A stretch of 64,000 nucleotides of DNA, taken from assembly GCA_963760795.1 (NCBI GenBank), contig CAVXEP010000029.1, positions 416,001-480,000 on the forward strand, written 5' to 3'. The translations under genes and the position numbers were made by a program. The notes beneath the pieces were generated by a model. It was not told the origin of the DNA. It did no database searches and was given only the letters and a program-made list of their open reading frames with translations. Below, piece by piece: positions 29,909 through 39,440 of the stretch. Within the stretch, counting starts at the first letter, position 1; every line of letters begins with the position of its first letter. The stretch is from an uncultured delta proteobacterium. GTDB lineage: Bacteria > Desulfobacterota > Binatia > UBA9968.

Positions 29909-30985
29909 TTGGTAAATCGACACGAGCAAGAGAAGGTGTTCGTGAAGATCTTGGATTCCCTGTCAAGTATGTTGGGGAAACACTATTTCGCGGAGAGCCC
30001 CCTGGCGTGTTCGTTGCCGTTCGAGTTGGAGCGGCGTCCCGCCGGACGTATGGTGTCCTTCGGGTCGGGAAATCCGAACAAAGTCTTCTACGTGATCTGG
30101 CGGACGCCCTTTGGCTCTGGCTTCTTCTCCAACCTCAGCCATGTGCTCTGCCACCTGATGATCGCCGATTCCCTCGGAATGGAGCCTGCCATCGATTTCG
30201 AGAATTTCCCTACTCTCTACAACGAGGATGAGGAGGTCCAGGGGACTCGGAACGCCTGGGAGTACTACTTCCGTCAGACGAGTTCGGTGCCTCTCCGCGA
30301 GGTGTACGCGAGCCGCCATGTCTTCTTCTGCGACGGCAAGTACCCAGCTGGCTTCAGTTTTAGCGTGACCAGTATTCCCGGATCAAGGGAAGCGTTCGAC
30401 AGGCACGTCAAGATCCTGCCCGATATTGAGAACAGCGTTCGGATCTGGATGGAGAAATTCGGAACTAGGACCCTGGGCATCCACTTCCGTGGCCAGGAGC
30501 AGAACCGGACCCCCGAGCATCCCTTCGGTCCGACCAAACGGCAGATACTGGATGCCACGAGGAGGCTCATCGGGGAGGGAAACTTCGATCGGACCTTCCT
30601 AGTCACGGAAGATCAGCGCTATCTTGACCTTTTCCGCAGGGAATTTGGAGATGCGGTGATCGCCACCGACAGTTTTCGAACCTGCGGCGAAAATGCCTAC
30701 AGAGTGTGGCCGAGGCCGCTTCACAGGTACATCCTGGGCCGGGAGGTGCTCGTCGACGCACTACTTCTCAGCCGCTGCCAGGCGCTGATTACCAGCGGAA
30801 GCAATGTATCGGAGTTCGCCAAGCTCATGAACGGCGGCCGTTGCGAGGTTGTTCGGCGGATCTATAACGGCTCGAACTCCTCCAACCGCCTTCTGGCCCT
30901 CTACTTGTACGGCATCCGGCGATGGCTTCCTCCGCGCCTGGGAGGACTGCCGGGGAAGGTCCTGGAAACCCGTCCCGGAGCATAG
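29909..30985 (+). CDS. NodZ/O-fucosyltransferase-like glycosyltransferase
   Basis: FYVIWR..GSGFFSNL, NAWEYYF.Q, LGIHFRGQE, FLVTED and LVDALLLSRC..GSNVS. Start uncertain. Confidence 0.7.
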   Translation: MVNRHEQEKVFVKILDSLSSMLGKHYFAESPLACSLPFELERRPAGRMVSFGSGNPNKVFYVIWRTPFGSGFFSNLSHVLCHLMIADSLGMEPAIDFENFPTLYNEDEEVQGTRNAWEYYFRQTSSVPLREVYASRHVFFCDGKYPAGFSFSVTSIPGSREAFDRHVKILPDIENSVRIWMEKFGTRTLGIHFRGQEQNRTPEHPFGPTKRQILDATRRLIGEGNFDRTFLVTEDQRYLDLFRREFGDAVIATDSFRTCGENAYRVWPRPLHRYILGREVLVDALLLSRCQALITSGSNVSEFAKLMNGGRCEVVRRIYNGSNSSNRLLALYLYGIRRWLPPRLGGLPGKVLETRPGA

Positions 30986-31039
30986 ATCCATTCGGCGGTT
31001 CCTTTTTGGTTTAGCCGTGAAGTTTACAGCCCGTCACTA

Positions 31040-31107
31040 ATCCGTTCGATCTTAAACGATTTGAACTAAGCGTAGCGATTGAACGGCTGGAACGACTTGA
31101 ACGCTCG
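31040..31107 (+). repeat. Short degenerate 9-mer tandem repeats
   Basis: TTAAACGAT TTGAAC.. TTGAACGGC TGGAACGAC TTGAACGCT between convergent genes. Confidence 0.5.
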
Positions 31108-31506
31108 CTAATCCTTCGGCGCAGTACCGCCGGCCTTGATTTCTTGGTCTTCGGGACCAAAGCGAGAATTGGCATAGGTTTCCGCCCGGCTGCCCATGAA
31201 AACATAGCCGGTGTGGCTTGGCGCTTCCTGTTGGTAATACTGGCCCTTGGGGATAACGACCAACACGCCCGGGGTAATTGATTGTCTCGTCCCGTCCGGG
31301 AAATTTATGAAGCATTCCCCTTGGAGACCATAAAAGGCCTGATCTGCCGTATGTCTGTGCATCGGGCCCTTGTCGCCCGGCACACTATGGTGAATCCAGA
31401 CATGATAGTGGTCTGAATTGAAAAGGAGCCTCTCATGCTTGCCAGCTCCGGCTCCTTTCAACGCCGGGTGTTCGTTTACATCGATACGCTTAGCGGGCAT
31501 AAACAC
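31108..31506 (-). CDS. Cupin domain protein
   Basis: GPMHRHTADQAFY..G and PG.LVVIPKG. GGAGG RBS. Confidence 0.8.
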   Translation of the reverse strand: MFMPAKRIDVNEHPALKGAGAGKHERLLFNSDHYHVWIHHSVPGDKGPMHRHTADQAFYGLQGECFINFPDGTRQSITPGVLVVIPKGQYYQQEAPSHTGYVFMGSRAETYANSRFGPEDQEIKAGGTAPKD

Positions 31507-31808
31507 CTCCGATATTTTGATTCAAATAATTTTCTTGGTAGACGATGAGACCGCGCAGGTGGTCCACCTGTCGCCTTATCCTACCATTAGAAAACAGTCT
31601 GTTTTCATCGCCAACGTTCTGCTCCTGTACCTCACCGATACTCCAAACTAAAATCTCGTGTCAACCAGGCTACCATTCGAATCAGCCTTGACACAGATCA
31701 GGCTTCGATATAGACGACGAATTCGCGGGAGGAGAGAGTGGTTGAATGGGTCGCGCAGAGGGTGAGCGTCACTAGGGCAGATGATCCAGGCAGCGAAAGG
31801 AGTTTGCT

Positions 31809-32861
31809 ATGAAGGAACGAGCGCTTTTGCTTACGCTGATTTTCTGTTTTTCAATGGTTCTTCCGGCCATCGCTCCCAAAGCCGGAGCGCAGGGCGATCA
31901 GTTTTATAAGGGAAAGACCATTCGCATCATGGTGGGCTCGACGGCCGGCGGATTTTATGACCGGTGGGGCCGTCTGTTCGGCAAGTACATGACCAAGTAT
32001 ATTCCCGGCCAGCCCGAGTTCGTCGTGCAAAATATGACCGGTGCCGGCTCAGTGATCGCCGCCAACCATGTATACAACGTTGGGAAACCGGACGGTCTGA
32101 CCCTGGTGATGCCGCTCAACGGCGTCTACATCGACCAATTTGTCGGGCGTAAGGAAGTCCAGTTCGACATGCGCAAGTTCCGATTCATCGGCTCTCCGGT
32201 GACTGAATCCAATATCTTCTACATGCGCGCCGACGCTCCCTACAAATCCATCGCGGAAATCATCAAAGCGAAAGAACCGCCCAAGTGCGGCGGCAGCGGG
32301 ACCGCGAGCAGCGATTATATCCTGTCCAAAGTGTTGGAGGAGACGGTGGGGGCGAAGTTCAACACGGTGCTGGGCTACGCCGGCGGCACCGAAATCGATC
32401 TGGCGGTGGAAAAAAACGAGGTGGTTTGCCGCGCTCACAGCATGTCGGCCCACTTCGGCCGGGAACCCTTCGATACCTGGCACAAGCGGGGCTTCGACCG
32501 GCATCTGGTTCAGACCTCGAGCAAAAAGGATTCCCGTGCCGCCGACGCGCCGACGCTTAACGAACTCTTCGATCAATATAAGGTGCCGGCAAACAGCCGC
32601 CGTCTCGCGCAGGTGCTTTTGGCGGCCGGGGATTTCGGCCGGCCGATGATGGTGACGCCGGGCACCCCGCCCGACCGAGTCAAGATGCTGAGAGACGCCT
32701 TTGTCAAAACCTTGAGCGATCCCGAAGCGATTGAGGAAGCGAAAAAAGGCCGAATGGATATAGACCCAGCGACAGGTGAAGAGCTGGAAAAGTTAGTAAA
32801 AGAGATTTTCGAATCTCCGCCGGACGTCGTCGAGCGGGTAAAGAAAATTCTTGGCAACTGA
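31809..32861 (+). CDS. TctC/Bug-family substrate-binding protein
   Basis: FYKGKTI, GGFYD, NMTGAGS, KPDGLT, GY.GG.EIDLAVE and FGRP..PGTPPDRV. Confidence 0.92.
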   Translation: MKERALLLTLIFCFSMVLPAIAPKAGAQGDQFYKGKTIRIMVGSTAGGFYDRWGRLFGKYMTKYIPGQPEFVVQNMTGAGSVIAANHVYNVGKPDGLTLVMPLNGVYIDQFVGRKEVQFDMRKFRFIGSPVTESNIFYMRADAPYKSIAEIIKAKEPPKCGGSGTASSDYILSKVLEETVGAKFNTVLGYAGGTEIDLAVEKNEVVCRAHSMSAHFGREPFDTWHKRGFDRHLVQTSSKKDSRAADAPTLNELFDQYKVPANSRRLAQVLLAAGDFGRPMMVTPGTPPDRVKMLRDAFVKTLSDPEAIEEAKKGRMDIDPATGEELEKLVKEIFESPPDVVERVKKILGN

Positions 32862-33145
32862 GAGCTCGCGAAAGTCGCCGGGCAGCAGTTTCGACCATGT
32901 CAGACCCCGTGCCCGACTAAGATCGTTAAGATTGGAAGGCCTGTCCCCGATGCTGGCCCTTCGACTGAGGATCGGTAAGGCGGAAAGGTACGGAAAACTG
33001 TCGTTGCCGCCCAGATGGTTTCGACAGTCTCGCTGCAAGTGAGACTTGGCTAATTTGCCGGTTTCAGGCTACCGGCGTCAGAATATCTCACTCCGAAGAA
33101 TTGTCTGAACAGTGAGCCGATTGCGAATGCTCGCTGAGGATAAAC

Positions 33146-34285
33146 TCAAAAGCCCAAGACCTTGAACTGAACCGTTCCGGTGAGATTTGCCTGCTGGTTG
33201 TCCGGCAAAGTGAGCCGGGATTCATTCTTGTATTCCAGTTGCAGTGACACCGATTGCTCACCCAAGAAAGACTTACCGAGCTTCCAATTCAAGCCCGTGG
33301 CGGCATTTACAAGCGATCCCGCTCTCAGTGGATCTTCGCTCGAGCCTCGGGCGTAAGAAGCGCGTCCGATCCATTGCAGGTCTCTAGAAGGCGTATAGGT
33401 TAAACCGAAGCCGGCCGAACAAGTATCGGTTTTAAGGCTCGTGATCGGCGCCCATTCCTGCTTGAAGCTCACGTTGGGCTCAAGCGTAAGCAGCGACGTG
33501 AATCGGTAGGCGAGAGAAAGTCCATGGGTAAGCGCAAGAATTTTATGATCTAAATGTTCGTTGTTCGCTACCGTTGAATAACTCGACGACAATGCCGCGT
33601 TCCAGCTCGGCTTGTTTAGGTAAAGGGACGTCGCCGTCGTTCTGGTAAGGGTCAACTGGCGGGTATCGAAATTGTCTTCCCACATTTCACCGACGGCGCC
33701 GCGTACCCGGTATGGACCCAAGTCATATTCCGCCCAGATTTGACTTTCGTCGCGAGCGTGCTCGGTCTTTACCCCAGCCGGTGATACGTAACCGCGACCG
33801 GAAAAACGCTGGGATAAACCATAACCCGCCTTTCCCCAGCGTCCGTGCACTCCTAATCGGGTCATCATGGGTGTTTGATCACTTGATGCCGGGAAGCCCA
33901 ACGTGCTGTAAGCCGCTTCGGCGTCGCCGACGAGTTTCCCGCCAAATTGTGATGTCACGGCTAGTAAATCGGCATATTTCCCCCACCGCGTGGAATTCAT
34001 CGGATCGCTCGCGCTGCCGAGGAGCGCGGGTTCCTGGATACGCTTCTCAAAGTAGGACGCTTTCACTTCGAGCAACTTGCGGCCGAACTCCAAAGCAAAA
34101 TTTACTTTCGCCAACGGTGCAGTGGAATCTATTTGTACTCCATTGATTCCGGCGAACGCTTTTGGAAAGAGCGCTGTCGCTGCGGGAATTTCCGGGGGAA
34201 ACGTACCGGAGACTTCTGCTTGTGCGAATGCCAAGGTGCGGCAAAGGCACGAGACGAGGATAAGCAGTGAAGTAAGCCTGATCAC
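33146..34285 (-). CDS. Hypothetical outer-membrane beta-barrel protein
   Basis: Signal peptide ending AFA, amphipathic beta-strands and a terminal Phe (GTVQFKVLGF). GTG start inferred. Confidence 0.6.
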   Translation of the reverse strand: MIRLTSLLILVSCLCRTLAFAQAEVSGTFPPEIPAATALFPKAFAGINGVQIDSTAPLAKVNFALEFGRKLLEVKASYFEKRIQEPALLGSASDPMNSTRWGKYADLLAVTSQFGGKLVGDAEAAYSTLGFPASSDQTPMMTRLGVHGRWGKAGYGLSQRFSGRGYVSPAGVKTEHARDESQIWAEYDLGPYRVRGAVGEMWEDNFDTRQLTLTRTTATSLYLNKPSWNAALSSSYSTVANNEHLDHKILALTHGLSLAYRFTSLLTLEPNVSFKQEWAPITSLKTDTCSAGFGLTYTPSRDLQWIGRASYARGSSEDPLRAGSLVNAATGLNWKLGKSFLGEQSVSLQLEYKNESRLTLPDNQQANLTGTVQFKVLGF

Positions 34286-34772
34286 AGCGTTTGAATCGCG
34301 ACGCGTGCAAGGACGAGACCGACTGCGGAAATGAAAGATAACCAGATCTAACTCTCCACCGGGCGAGTGGCGAAACGACTGCCCTATACCGAATCGAAAT
34401 GGATGTCTGATCGAGATGCGGCAACGAACCAGCAAAGTCGCAGCGGAAATGCTACTGCGCTGCGGTAAAAAAGTCTAGATGATTATGGCTGACGCAAAAT
34501 TTTATTGCGCCGGGGCAGATGACTAAAGAATAGCCACGACAAATTCGCGGTCATCAGGTCCTTCAGCGCCGGCGCTCCGCCAGTTCGAGCGGTAGGGAAG
34601 GGCATGGAGCTATCCTAAAGTGCGGAAACTTAACATAGATGGGCGTCGTGCACTTCAAAATCGAACGGAGATACGACGGCACGAGACCGTCGTTAATAAA
34701 TGCAGTTCCACGGCAGACAACCTTTAATAAATAATACAGGCTTCGCGTGCTTCGACCCGAACTCATTGCGGT

Positions 34773-34966
34773 ATGGAGCGCATGATGAAGCGGCCGACGG
34801 TGAAGAAAACTGTCGACGCCCAGCAGAACATTTCGACATCGCAGCTTCGCTCAGGGCAGACCCTTGCATCGTAAGAAGTTTGCATCCAAGTCGCTCCGTT
34901 GATGAACCACGTCCGGCTGGCGCACGTGTGATTGAGTTGAACGAAATAACTCAATAACTCAGGCCT
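34773..34966 (+). pseudogene. Short 3'-end remnant of the beta-class-like GST plus its downstream flank
   Basis: MERMMKRPTVKKTVDAQQNI..TLAS*. Both coding part and flank are similar to 42927-43105. Confidence 0.65.
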
Positions 34967-35074
34967 GGGGCTAGGCCTCTGACCCGGCTGTGGCCAATGC
35001 ACACAGGGCGAGAACAAACCTGACTCGGTTTCGCAAGATCATGGACAATTCCCTTGTGACGCGCCTCTGGGGTT

Positions 35075-36308
35075 CTATTTTTGTGAACGTAGGACTCCCG
35101 GACTCACATGTTCCGGGCGGATGCCGAGGCCGACGAGCCGAGCCGGGATTCGCGGCAGAAACGGAACTTTAGCTAGCAAGCGCAACGCGATCGGCGGTTT
35201 GAGCGGTCCGGTGCCGCCCAACACCGGCGCGATGATCCGGCGCTGGACGGCGACCTGCAACCCTTGCGTCACGCGGGTGGGCCACTCGCGGCGCTTTTGG
35301 ATCTGGCGCAGGTGATCGATGGCGAGGTGTCCTTGGCGCAGCGGTTTGAAAAGAACGTTGGCTGCCGCCACGGCATCCTGGATCGCGAGATTGATGCCGA
35401 CGCCGCCGACCGGAGACATGGCGTGAGCGGCGTCGCCAATGCACAACAGACCCGGCCGAAACCAATCGATCAATCGGTCCACCCGAACCGTTAAAAGCTT
35501 TACATCGTCCCAACCGCGCAGCTCATGCACGCTGTCGCTAGCGTAGGGCGCAAGCTGCACGATCGGCCGCGCGAAAAGTTGCAAATTCTTGGCGGCGCAG
35601 CTCGTCAAACTGTCCCTTGGCAATGATGTAGCCGCACTGCCAATAGTCGCCGCGATTGAGCGCGATAAAAATCCTGCCGCTATCGAACCTGCCCATGGTC
35701 GCCACGGGATCTTCCGCAGTTCGCCGGAGCCGAAACCAGAGCACATCCATCGGCGCGCCGTATTCCTTCACTTGCAAACCGGCCCGTTCGCGCACGATCG
35801 AGCTCCGGCCGTCCGCGCCGACGACTAGTTCAGCGCGGACTTCCAGCGTGCCTTTGGGAGTATTCGCGCGCACCCCGATCACGCGCCCCGACTCTTCGAT
35901 AAGCCCGTTTACCTCGGAGTCCATGATCAAAGCGAAGCTGGGATAGCGCTCCGCTTTTTCGGCGACGAAGTTGAGAAAATCCCACTGTGGCATGAGGGCG
36001 ATAAAGCCGCAGCGGGTCGGCAGATGCCGGAAATCCGCGATGGTCAGCCGCATCTCGCCAACTTGCGCGTTGAGCTTGTCGACCTCCTGATGCGGCAGTT
36101 TGAGAAACTCATCGAGCAATCCCAGCTCGTGCATCACTTCGAGGGTCGACGGATGAATGGTATCGCCGCGAAAATCGCGCAGGAAATCGCTGTGTTTTTC
36201 CAGCACTAAGACTTCGACGCCGGAGCGCGCCAGCAGATACCCAAGCATCATGCCGGCCGGGCCGCCGCCCGCGATGCAGCAGCGCGCGGAAATTTTCTCA
36301 GGCGCCAT
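35075..36308 (-). CDS. FAD-dependent oxidoreductase/monooxygenase (FAD_binding_3), with an apparent +1 frameshift near 35565
   Basis: IAGGGPAG, DFRGDTIHP and VGADGR in ORF 35538-36308. IGDAAHAMSPVGGVGINLAIQDA is in ORF 35075-35746. Confidence 0.88.
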
Positions 36309-36622
36309 GGCTTGAATTTAACGAGCGCTAACCGCCTTATCAAGAATGACGGAATAGGAAAATTGCTCCGAAATCTGGACTCGTACACTCTAAGGGATCG
36401 GCCAACGACATGTGTTGCGAGCCATCCATTGAATGTGAGCCGAAGGTGGGCGTGAAGGTCAGACAGGGGGCCGCTTTTTGCTTTTTGTTAGTGCTCTGTG
36501 GACAACTTGAACCGTTTCGCTTTTGAGCCTGCTGAGAACGGTCGACAAAGTTGATCAGAGTGGCCATCGCTAATCGCTGCGCGCAGCGAGAATTACACTT
36601 AAAGATCGGATTGCCGCTCCGC

Positions 36623-37648
36623 TTACTCATTCATCAGCGTTTTCAATCGTTGCAGCATCTCGGGCGATTGCACGACGACACTCTTTGCCGACGCCTCAAG
36701 CTCCTCACCGCGCGTCGGCGTAATGCTCAAGCTCCTTTTTTTCGCCTCGGCCAGGAGTTCAGGATCATTCATGGTTTTCATAAAGGCGTCGCGTAAAATT
36801 TTGACCTTGTCCGGGGCTACTCCGGGAGGTGCGATAATGGGCCGGCCGAAGTCGCCGCTCGCCAAGACCACAGGCACCAAGCGGCGTGCCGCTGCCGAGG
36901 TGTTGTGCTCGTCCATGAGCTCGGCAAGCGTAGGAGTATCCGGTAGGCGCGGGTCGCGCGCGCGCCCGGTCTGCATTATGATCCGGGTAAAGTTGTTTTT
37001 ACGCCAGCTATGATAGGGCTCTCGGGAATGAAAGGCCTGGACAGTCAACGCCCGGCATTGAAGCTCTCCTCGCTCCACGGCGAGGTCGATATCGCCACCG
37101 CCTTGATAGCCGGCCACAACGGTAAACTTTGTTCCCAGTGTTTCTTCCAAAAGCTTCGGAATATAACTTTCCGACGTGCCGACGCCGGTGGAACCGCATT
37201 TTGGCGACGCATTAGCCCGGCGCACGTCAGCCAGGCTCTTGTAAGGCAAATCGGCACGCATATAGAGCAGCCAATCGGACTTGTCCGAGCTGCCGATCCA
37301 GGTGAACTTTGCCCAGTCGAATTTCACCTCTTGATGTTTCTGGAGCTGGTTGAAGAATATCGACGGTTGAACCGCTCCGATCGTCAATCCATCGGATTTG
37401 GAAACGTTATACAGATAATTGGCGCCGATGATCGATCCCGCGCCGGTCATATTTTGCACAACGAAACTTGGATTTCCGGGAATATGCTTACCCATATGCT
37501 GTGTCATGAGCCGCGTGTACATATCGTAGACGCTTCCAGCGCTGACCCCGGCGACAACCGTAATGGTCTTGCCTTGGTAGAACTGGTTTTGCGCTCTCAC
37601 TTCGCACGGCGATAGGGCGAGTATCAACAACCACAAAAGTCGCTTCAT
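36623..37648 (-). CDS. TctC/Bug-family substrate-binding protein
   Basis: FYQGKTI, HIPGNP, NMTGAGS and GYQGGGDIDLAVERGE. Close paralog of the gene at 31809. Confidence 0.92.
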   Translation of the reverse strand: MKRLLWLLILALSPCEVRAQNQFYQGKTITVVAGVSAGSVYDMYTRLMTQHMGKHIPGNPSFVVQNMTGAGSIIGANYLYNVSKSDGLTIGAVQPSIFFNQLQKHQEVKFDWAKFTWIGSSDKSDWLLYMRADLPYKSLADVRRANASPKCGSTGVGTSESYIPKLLEETLGTKFTVVAGYQGGGDIDLAVERGELQCRALTVQAFHSREPYHSWRKNNFTRIIMQTGRARDPRLPDTPTLAELMDEHNTSAAARRLVPVVLASGDFGRPIIAPPGVAPDKVKILRDAFMKTMNDPELLAEAKKRSLSITPTRGEELEASAKSVVVQSPEMLQRLKTLMNE

Positions 37649-37759
37649 AAGCGTTGCGTGTAGCATTGGTCAATAGCGAAAGCAATGAGATCAGGCCTGG
37701 AGAGGTCGCACATTTCTTGATTTGATTCTATGCGAAGCATGGCCTTTCTTGCTTTTGCC

Positions 37760-37978
37760 TCACGACTTATCATCCAGCTCAGGATAGTGGTGAAAACCTG
37801 CTTGATTGAACGGCAAGCGCCGTTCGGACGCGAGATACGCGGCGCGGCAGTGCGTCCCGCCACTCGGTCGTGCAGCTTGGTCAATCGTGGATGTTTGCGT
37901 TCCTGCTTGGTCATCGCGCGCGGAAAGGCGCGCAGCCCTTCGATCATCCGGAAGAGCGACGGATCGCCGTAGGAAACT
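37760..37978 (-). pseudogene. Displaced 3'-end copy of GST gene 47707-48423 (longer, decayed)
   Basis: KVSYGDPSLFRMIEGLR-AFPRAMTKQERKHPRLTKLHDRVA matches 47707-47933 with small deletions and the same stop position. Confidence 0.88.
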
Positions 37979-38041
37979 TTGCGACGCAAACGAGCAGATC
38001 GCGCTTGAAAGTTAACGCGGGCTCGTCCTATGCTCGCCGGC

Positions 38042-39043
38042 ATGGCGAAGAAAAAAACTACTTTCGGTTTAACCTTGTCCAACCGCGCATTGGTTACGCG
38101 TGGAACGCCGCCCGAGGAGCTCATCGACATGGCAGTACGGGCCGAGGCGACCGGCGCGGTCGATGCGATATGGGTCGGCGACAGTATCTTGAGCAAACCG
38201 CGGCTGGAATGCATTCCCCTACTGGGCGCCATCGCCGCTCGGACTTCGCGTGTGAAACTAGGCGTGGCTTGCATGGCGACAATCGCCCAGCGGAATCCCG
38301 TGCTGCTCGCCTTGCAGTGGGCGAGCCTCGACGTGCTGTCAGGCGGACGCACATGGCTGGCGGCGTGCATGGGTTACCCGGCGAGCCAGCATCCCATGGC
38401 GGCCAAAGAGCTCGAAGTCATGGGCGTGGCGAGTAAAGAGCGACCCGGACGACTGGAAGAGATGATTCAGGCCATGCGGCTGCTCTGGTCGGACGAACAT
38501 GCAAGCTTTCATGGCAAGTATTATTCGTTTGAGGACGTGAATCTCCTACCGAAGCCCGCGCAACGGCCTTGTCCGATTTATATCGCCGGCACGCCGCGCG
38601 CGGCGCAGATCGGCGAGGGCGGCGTCGAGCGCTCTTTGCGGCGAATCGCGCGCTACGCCGATGGTTGGATGAGCAACCAGATCGAGCTCTCGATGTTTCG
38701 AGAACACCAAGCCAGGCTGCGGAAAATGTTGGTCGAGGAAGGCCGCGACCCGGAAGCTTTCAAAACCGTTTTGTACTACGGCGTATCCGTGAATAGCGAT
38801 CGGCAACAGGCGTTTGGCGAAGCCAAAGCATTTCTCGACGCCTATTATCAAAAGGACTTTACCCGGCAAGGCGTCGAGATCTGGACCGCCTGCGGACCGG
38901 TGGAACACTGCGTCCGCTGCGTCCAAGAATTCATCGATGCCGGCGTCGATCACGTTGCGATTCGCCCGATCGGCGAAGATCTAAACGCGCAGTTCCGCAT
39001 CTATCTGGAAGAGATTCTCCCCGCTTTGAACGCGGCAAAATGA
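38042..39043 (+). CDS. LLM-class flavin-dependent oxidoreductase
   Basis: IWVGDS, AIAARTSRVKLG, LDVLSGGR, PKP.Q.P.PIYIAG and ARYADGW. Confidence 0.92.
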   Translation: MAKKKTTFGLTLSNRALVTRGTPPEELIDMAVRAEATGAVDAIWVGDSILSKPRLECIPLLGAIAARTSRVKLGVACMATIAQRNPVLLALQWASLDVLSGGRTWLAACMGYPASQHPMAAKELEVMGVASKERPGRLEEMIQAMRLLWSDEHASFHGKYYSFEDVNLLPKPAQRPCPIYIAGTPRAAQIGEGGVERSLRRIARYADGWMSNQIELSMFREHQARLRKMLVEEGRDPEAFKTVLYYGVSVNSDRQQAFGEAKAFLDAYYQKDFTRQGVEIWTACGPVEHCVRCVQEFIDAGVDHVAIRPIGEDLNAQFRIYLEEILPALNAAK

Positions 39044-39324
39044 CACCTAGTTCGCGGCGAGGGTGTTGCGGGGGAATGCGCTGTCCGCCGACGGTTGCGC
39101 GTCGCGAATCGGAGCGGGAATCATGTAAGCCTTCACTCGCTGAATGGAAAGCGATCATGTTTGCCGGCGGCGCTTCGATGGGCTAAGGCTTGACGATATC
39201 GTCGTAGGCAAATCGCGGGTCATAAATTAGGCAGCCGGCCCATTAGTTAGGCACGGCGCGGCGTGATTTCCTGCACCCAGCTCCTCAAGTCAAATGAATC
39301 TGCCTGGCAGGTTCTCCTCCGGCA

Positions 39325-39341
39325 ACGGCATGGTAGTTGCT
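39325..39341 (+). promoter_or_regulatory. Putative sigma54 (-24/-12) promoter for GAF-glgP
   Basis: ACGGCATGGTAGTTGCT has GG-N10-GC spacing and matches TGGCAC-N5-TTGCW, about 100 nt upstream of the start. Confidence 0.6.
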
Positions 39342-39440
39342 TTTTAATGACGCCCTCACGTAAAACTATTGTCGCAGGGGCTTGATCAGTAATCCCAGTG
39401 TTATGGTGAAAAATATAATGACCGCGAAGGAATTTAGACC

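Noticed and set aside
31658-31694. GTGTCAA...TTGACAC inverted repeat as a mobile-element end or operator
   Set aside because: It is adequately explained by -35 boxes of the divergent cupin and TctC promoters.
37645-38370. 241-aa minus-strand ORF containing GST-like residues
   Set aside because: It is a chance fusion of the antisense of the LLM gene with the GST 3' remnant, not a real gene.
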